DNA of 64,000 nucleotides from an uncultured Clostridium sp. (GTDB lineage Bacteria; Bacillota; Clostridia; TANB77; CAG-508): NCBI GenBank assembly GCA_947244325.1, contig CAMXJY010000002.1, positions 26,070 to 90,069 of the forward strand, read 5' to 3'. Shown piece by piece: positions 60,339 to 64,000 of this stretch (position 1 is its first letter; each line of letters starts with the position of its first letter). The notes under the pieces were generated by a model. It saw only the letters and a program-made list of their open reading frames with translations, ran no database searches and was not told where the DNA came from. The position numbers and the translations under genes were made by a program.

Positions 60339-60692
60339 GGGGTGTATTTGGTTTCGACAGTAATTTAGAAGGATAAATAGCGAGTAGTGGAGATGCCTGG
60401 CCACTTAAAAAGGCATAAAATAAATATAAACGCTGATAATAAAGAATTAGCATTCGCTGCCTAAGATGCGGTGACGTCTTACTTTTGCAACCTACGGCTT
60501 AAGATAAGGCGCTGATTAGTAGGAAACGAAGTTAGTATGTTCTCTTTATGCTAATGGGATTTTTTAGAGAGATACTTTAAATAAACTTTGTTTATTAAGT
60601 AGATTTAAAGGAATGTTAATAATAAACTGCACTCGGAGAAGTTTATGTGGAAGAATTATTGGACGTGAGTTCGACTCTCACCACCTCCACCA
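60339..60692 (+). ncRNA. ssrA: tmRNA (ssrA); the predicted tag reading frame is ...ADNKELAFAA-stop
   Basis: 5' GGGGGUGUAUUUGGUUUCGACAG and 3' tRNA-like end GGACGUGAGUUCGACUCUCACCACCUCCACCA. The internal tag ORF gctgataataaagaattagcattcgctgcctaa is present. Confidence 0.9.
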
Positions 60693-60783
60693 AAAAAATT
60701 GGTTGCGGATAGGTTATCTGTAACTCGCTTTGCTCGAACAGCTAACGTAACCTCCACCAAAAAATAGTAAAGAGGAAAATGAA

Positions 60784-61953
60784 ATGGCAATATTACTTGA
60801 AATGACAAAGAAAAGAGAAAAAGAATATAATAGAAGAAAAAAATTAGAGGAATTTAAAAGAAAATTAACATTATTTAAAGCAAAATTATTAAGAGGCAAG
60901 ATAAGTCCTGATGATACTAGAACAATTCAAGTACATCCAGATACATCAGGAGCTTTAAGAGAGTATTATATAAAAAATCCATATTTACAAGAAGAGAGTT
61001 GTTTTGGTTCTGTATTAAAATTAAAGAAAGATTTTCAAAATAATAATTTTGTTTATAGAGGAATTGTTAAAGGTGCTGATAATGCAATAGGAATTTTGCA
61101 ATCAAATGTGGAATTATCAGAAATTGTATCAGATCCTCATGGAAATGTTCTATTTCAAGAAATTCTGTCACAAGAAAATGCTAAGAAAAGACGTACTGAA
61201 TATTATGATAAAATAGGAGAATCTCAGGATAGAGTAAAAGGTCATGATTCATATTTTGCAAATCCAGATTTTGTTTTAGGTACTATTTTGAAAGACAAGA
61301 ATGGAAAATTTACATATAGTAGTGAAGTTGGTCAAGATGTAGAACAATTATTGGCTGATGAAAGAGAAGAAGATAAAAAGAATGAACTTATGAGAAATAA
61401 AGAGTCTGTAGAAATTAATGTAGGTAGAGGATTTGTAATTGCAAAACAAAATTGTTGGTTAGAGCAAGGAAAAAAGATTAATTATGCAGGGATAAATGCT
61501 AGTGCTTTATATTATAAATATGAACCACAAAAAGTATTAAAAACAGATGATAATAAATATGTATATTTAGGAACAGCACAGATAGGAGAACCAAAGAAAG
61601 TAAAAGAAGATGGTGCTCCGATACAGTTAGTAACACCTTTTGTATATGAAGATGTTATATTATGGACTGAAGGAAAAAATTTAACTGAATATTTTTTAAA
61701 TAAAAAATTAGAAGGATTAAATTTGGCTTTAGGTGAGATATTTCTTAATGAAAGATTAAAAGATGCAGATTATCAAGAGGAAGAATCTTTTATAGGTGGA
61801 ATAGTATTAGATGAGAATGGAAAGTGTAAAAGCACACAAAATATACCAGAAACAGTTAGAGAAACTATAAAAGAATATAGAAAGAATAAACAACAAGAAA
61901 AAACAAATAAAATTATAAAATTTGATAGTCAGTCTGATACTTCTTCTAGATAA
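60784..61953 (+). CDS. Hypothetical protein, 389 aa
   Basis: ORF with RBS aaagaggaaaatgaa. No domain recognised. Confidence 0.5.
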   Translation: MAILLEMTKKREKEYNRRKKLEEFKRKLTLFKAKLLRGKISPDDTRTIQVHPDTSGALREYYIKNPYLQEESCFGSVLKLKKDFQNNNFVYRGIVKGADNAIGILQSNVELSEIVSDPHGNVLFQEILSQENAKKRRTEYYDKIGESQDRVKGHDSYFANPDFVLGTILKDKNGKFTYSSEVGQDVEQLLADEREEDKKNELMRNKESVEINVGRGFVIAKQNCWLEQGKKINYAGINASALYYKYEPQKVLKTDDNKYVYLGTAQIGEPKKVKEDGAPIQLVTPFVYEDVILWTEGKNLTEYFLNKKLEGLNLALGEIFLNERLKDADYQEEESFIGGIVLDENGKCKSTQNIPETVRETIKEYRKNKQQEKTNKIIKFDSQSDTSSR

Positions 61954-61976
61954 AAAATAGTAAAAAGGAAGATAAA

Positions 61977-62930
61977 ATGAAAAAATTATGTGTAATAGGT
62001 AATGGAATACATGCAAGACAAAATATAATTCCATCATTAAAAGAAATAGGTGCTAGTATATCAGCAATAGCAAGTGAGTATTTAGAAAACGAAAAAGAGT
62101 TTGAGGGGATAAAGGCTTATTCTGATTATAAAGAAATGTTAGAAAAAGAAAAACCAGATATAGTAGTAGTTTGTAAAACAGCAGAAAAGCAATTTCAAAT
62201 AACAAAAAACTGCTTAAATTTTGGAATTCAAAAATTGTTTGTGGAAAAACCAATGGGGATGAAGGCAGAAGAGGCTAAAGAATTAGAAAATATTGCAAAA
62301 GAAAAAAGTACTCAAGTGATGGTTGGATTTATGAAAAGATTTAGTCCTTGTTATCAAAAAATGAAAGAAATCATAAATTCTAAAGAGTTTGGAAAAATAA
62401 AACAATTTAATGCAGAATTTTATATTACTTCTGGCAGAGTTGGATGGAATAATGAAATTTTCTTAAAAAAAGGTGGAATTCATTTTGTTAACTTGTTAGT
62501 ATGGCTTTTTGGTGAAGTACAAGATGTAAAAACATTTTCTAGTTCTGTAGATAATAATGTTAGCTTAACATCTATTATTAAATTTAAAAATGGAGTAGTA
62601 GGAAATATTAATTTTGTTGGTTTATCTTCTTGGAAAGGAAAGAGAGAAACTATTACAATAACAGGAGAAAATGGGTATGTATATAATGATGGTGTAAGAG
62701 AAGTACACTATCATATAGATCAAGAAATTACAAGAAGTAATCGTTGGCAAACTTTAGATGAAGAGGAAACTGTTATAAAACCTTATTTAACGAGTGCTTC
62801 AGGAGGAATGCAAGATTTATATTTACATGGATATATTGGAGAAATGGACGAATTTATTAATAGAAATGATTTTAAATCAGACAATGTTGAAACAATGAAT
62901 TTAATTGATTTAATATTAAAAAATATATAG
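61977..62930 (+). CDS. Gfo/Idh/MocA family NAD(P)-dependent oxidoreductase
   Basis: N-terminal Rossmann region MKKLCVIGNGIHARQNIIPSL ... LFVEKPMG. Confidence 0.7.
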   Translation: MKKLCVIGNGIHARQNIIPSLKEIGASISAIASEYLENEKEFEGIKAYSDYKEMLEKEKPDIVVVCKTAEKQFQITKNCLNFGIQKLFVEKPMGMKAEEAKELENIAKEKSTQVMVGFMKRFSPCYQKMKEIINSKEFGKIKQFNAEFYITSGRVGWNNEIFLKKGGIHFVNLLVWLFGEVQDVKTFSSSVDNNVSLTSIIKFKNGVVGNINFVGLSSWKGKRETITITGENGYVYNDGVREVHYHIDQEITRSNRWQTLDEEETVIKPYLTSASGGMQDLYLHGYIGEMDEFINRNDFKSDNVETMNLIDLILKNI

Positions 62931-62967
62931 AAAGGACTAATCAAGAGTAGATTAAGTTAAAGATAAT

Positions 62968-63516
62968 ATGAGTGAAGAATTAATTGATGTATTAGATGAA
63001 AATGGAATACAAACAGGTGAAGTTTTATCAAGAAAAGAAATACATAAAAGAGGATTATGGCATAGAGCTATAGTTGTTGCAATAATAAATGAAAAAAATG
63101 AAATATTATTACAACAAAGAAGTGAAAAGAAAGAAAAAAATGCTGGTATGTGGGATATATCAGTTGCAGGTCATATTTCATCAGGACAAGATGCTTTATC
63201 AGCTGCTGCAAGAGAAATAAATGAAGAAGTAAGTGTATTACTTGGATATAGAACTGAAATAAAAGATTTTAGATACATGTATTGTTATAGAAAAGAAGAA
63301 AAGTTTAGAGAAGATTTTATAGAAAGACAGTTTTATGATTTCTTTATTTTAAGAACAACAGGTGTTGATGACAAAACTTTATACTTTCAAAGAGAGGAAG
63401 TTCAAGCAGTTAAATTTGTTGATTTATTAACAATAGAAAAAATGATAGAAAATAATGAACTTGTTGAAAGACCAGAAGTTTATAAAATATTAACTAATTT
63501 CTTGTTTAGATTTTAA
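62968..63516 (+). CDS. NUDIX hydrolase
   Basis: Nudix box GHISSGQDALSAAAREINEEVSV, that is GX5EX7REUXEEXGU. Confidence 0.8.
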   Translation: MSEELIDVLDENGIQTGEVLSRKEIHKRGLWHRAIVVAIINEKNEILLQQRSEKKEKNAGMWDISVAGHISSGQDALSAAAREINEEVSVLLGYRTEIKDFRYMYCYRKEEKFREDFIERQFYDFFILRTTGVDDKTLYFQREEVQAVKFVDLLTIEKMIENNELVERPEVYKILTNFLFRF

Positions 63517-63531
63517 AGTTTTGGAGGATTA

Positions 63532-64000
63532 GATGAAAAAAATAGCTATTATAGCAGATATTCATTCTAATATTATATATTTCAAAAATGCATTGAAAGA
63601 TATACAAAGAAGAGGAATTACTGATTTTATTTTTCTTGGTGATTATGTTTTAGATGGTTTTGATAATAATGAAGTTTTAGAATTAATAAAAAAGCAAAAT
63701 AGTTTAGCTATAACAATGGGAAATAAAGAAGAATTCTTTTTTGATAATTTTGATATTAGTAAATATGATTGCGAACAATTTAAAAATATAATTTATACAT
63801 ATAAAAGTTTATCAAAAGAGAATTTAGAATATATTAAAGATTTACCTATATATACAAATTTAGAAATTGAAGGTGCAAAAATTTTATGCTGTCATGGATC
63901 TCCAGAGTTTATAAGATATAGTTTTGGAGAAAATGACTATGAAAAATTTGATGATTTAATAGAAAAATATGATTTTGATGTATATTTACATGGACATACA
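63532..64000 (+). CDS. Metallophosphoesterase (calcineurin-like), 3' end truncated by the window edge
   Basis: MKKIAIIADIHSN ... FLGDYV ... CHGSP ... LHGHT metallophosphatase motifs. Confidence 0.7.

Noticed and set aside
1-64000. A search for CRISPR arrays, rRNA, tRNA, transposases, integrases and prophage structural genes
   Set aside because: No regularly spaced direct repeats with unique spacers were found. There were no gttcgaatc-type tRNA T-arms other than the tmRNA 3' end. No recognisable transposase, integrase or phage capsid/terminase proteins were present, so the accessory items here are not inside an obvious mobile element.

Overview
This 64 kb window is a very AT-rich chromosomal segment from a low-GC Firmicute (Clostridia-like); the codon usage, gene order and the presence of SpoVG, AddA and a type-Z S14 support that placement. 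Most of it is conserved housekeeping sequence. It holds murC and spoVG, a T-box-controlled pheS-pheT pair, and an addA helicase-nuclease gene broken by a +1 frameshift in its Walker A motif with no adjacent addB. It also holds a split transketolase, a giant membrane-anchored cell-wall hydrolase (C39-like plus SleB-like domains, its two ORFs again out of frame at a GCGG site), ftsE-ftsX followed by two EnvC-like M23 peptidases and ctpA, the complete S10-spc-alpha ribosomal protein cluster (rpsJ through rplQ, with secY, adk, map, infA and rpmJ; no L30), dapA and dapB, and tmRNA. I found no rRNA, tRNA, CRISPR array, transposase or integrase. Scattered among these are the more interesting items. 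The first is a stand-alone, highly diverged RelA/SpoT-domain (small-alarmone-synthetase-like) protein of 540 aa. The second is an HD-phosphohydrolase fused to a canonical R-S-E ADP-ribosyltransferase, sitting next to tmRNA. The third is an ART-like protein with a degenerate catalytic triad and a roughly 700-aa coiled-coil tail. The fourth is a family of about 180-bp structured intergenic repeats, present in four full copies plus fragments and showing compensatory hairpin changes. Finally, several r-protein intergenic spacers are unusually long and carry strong hairpins.
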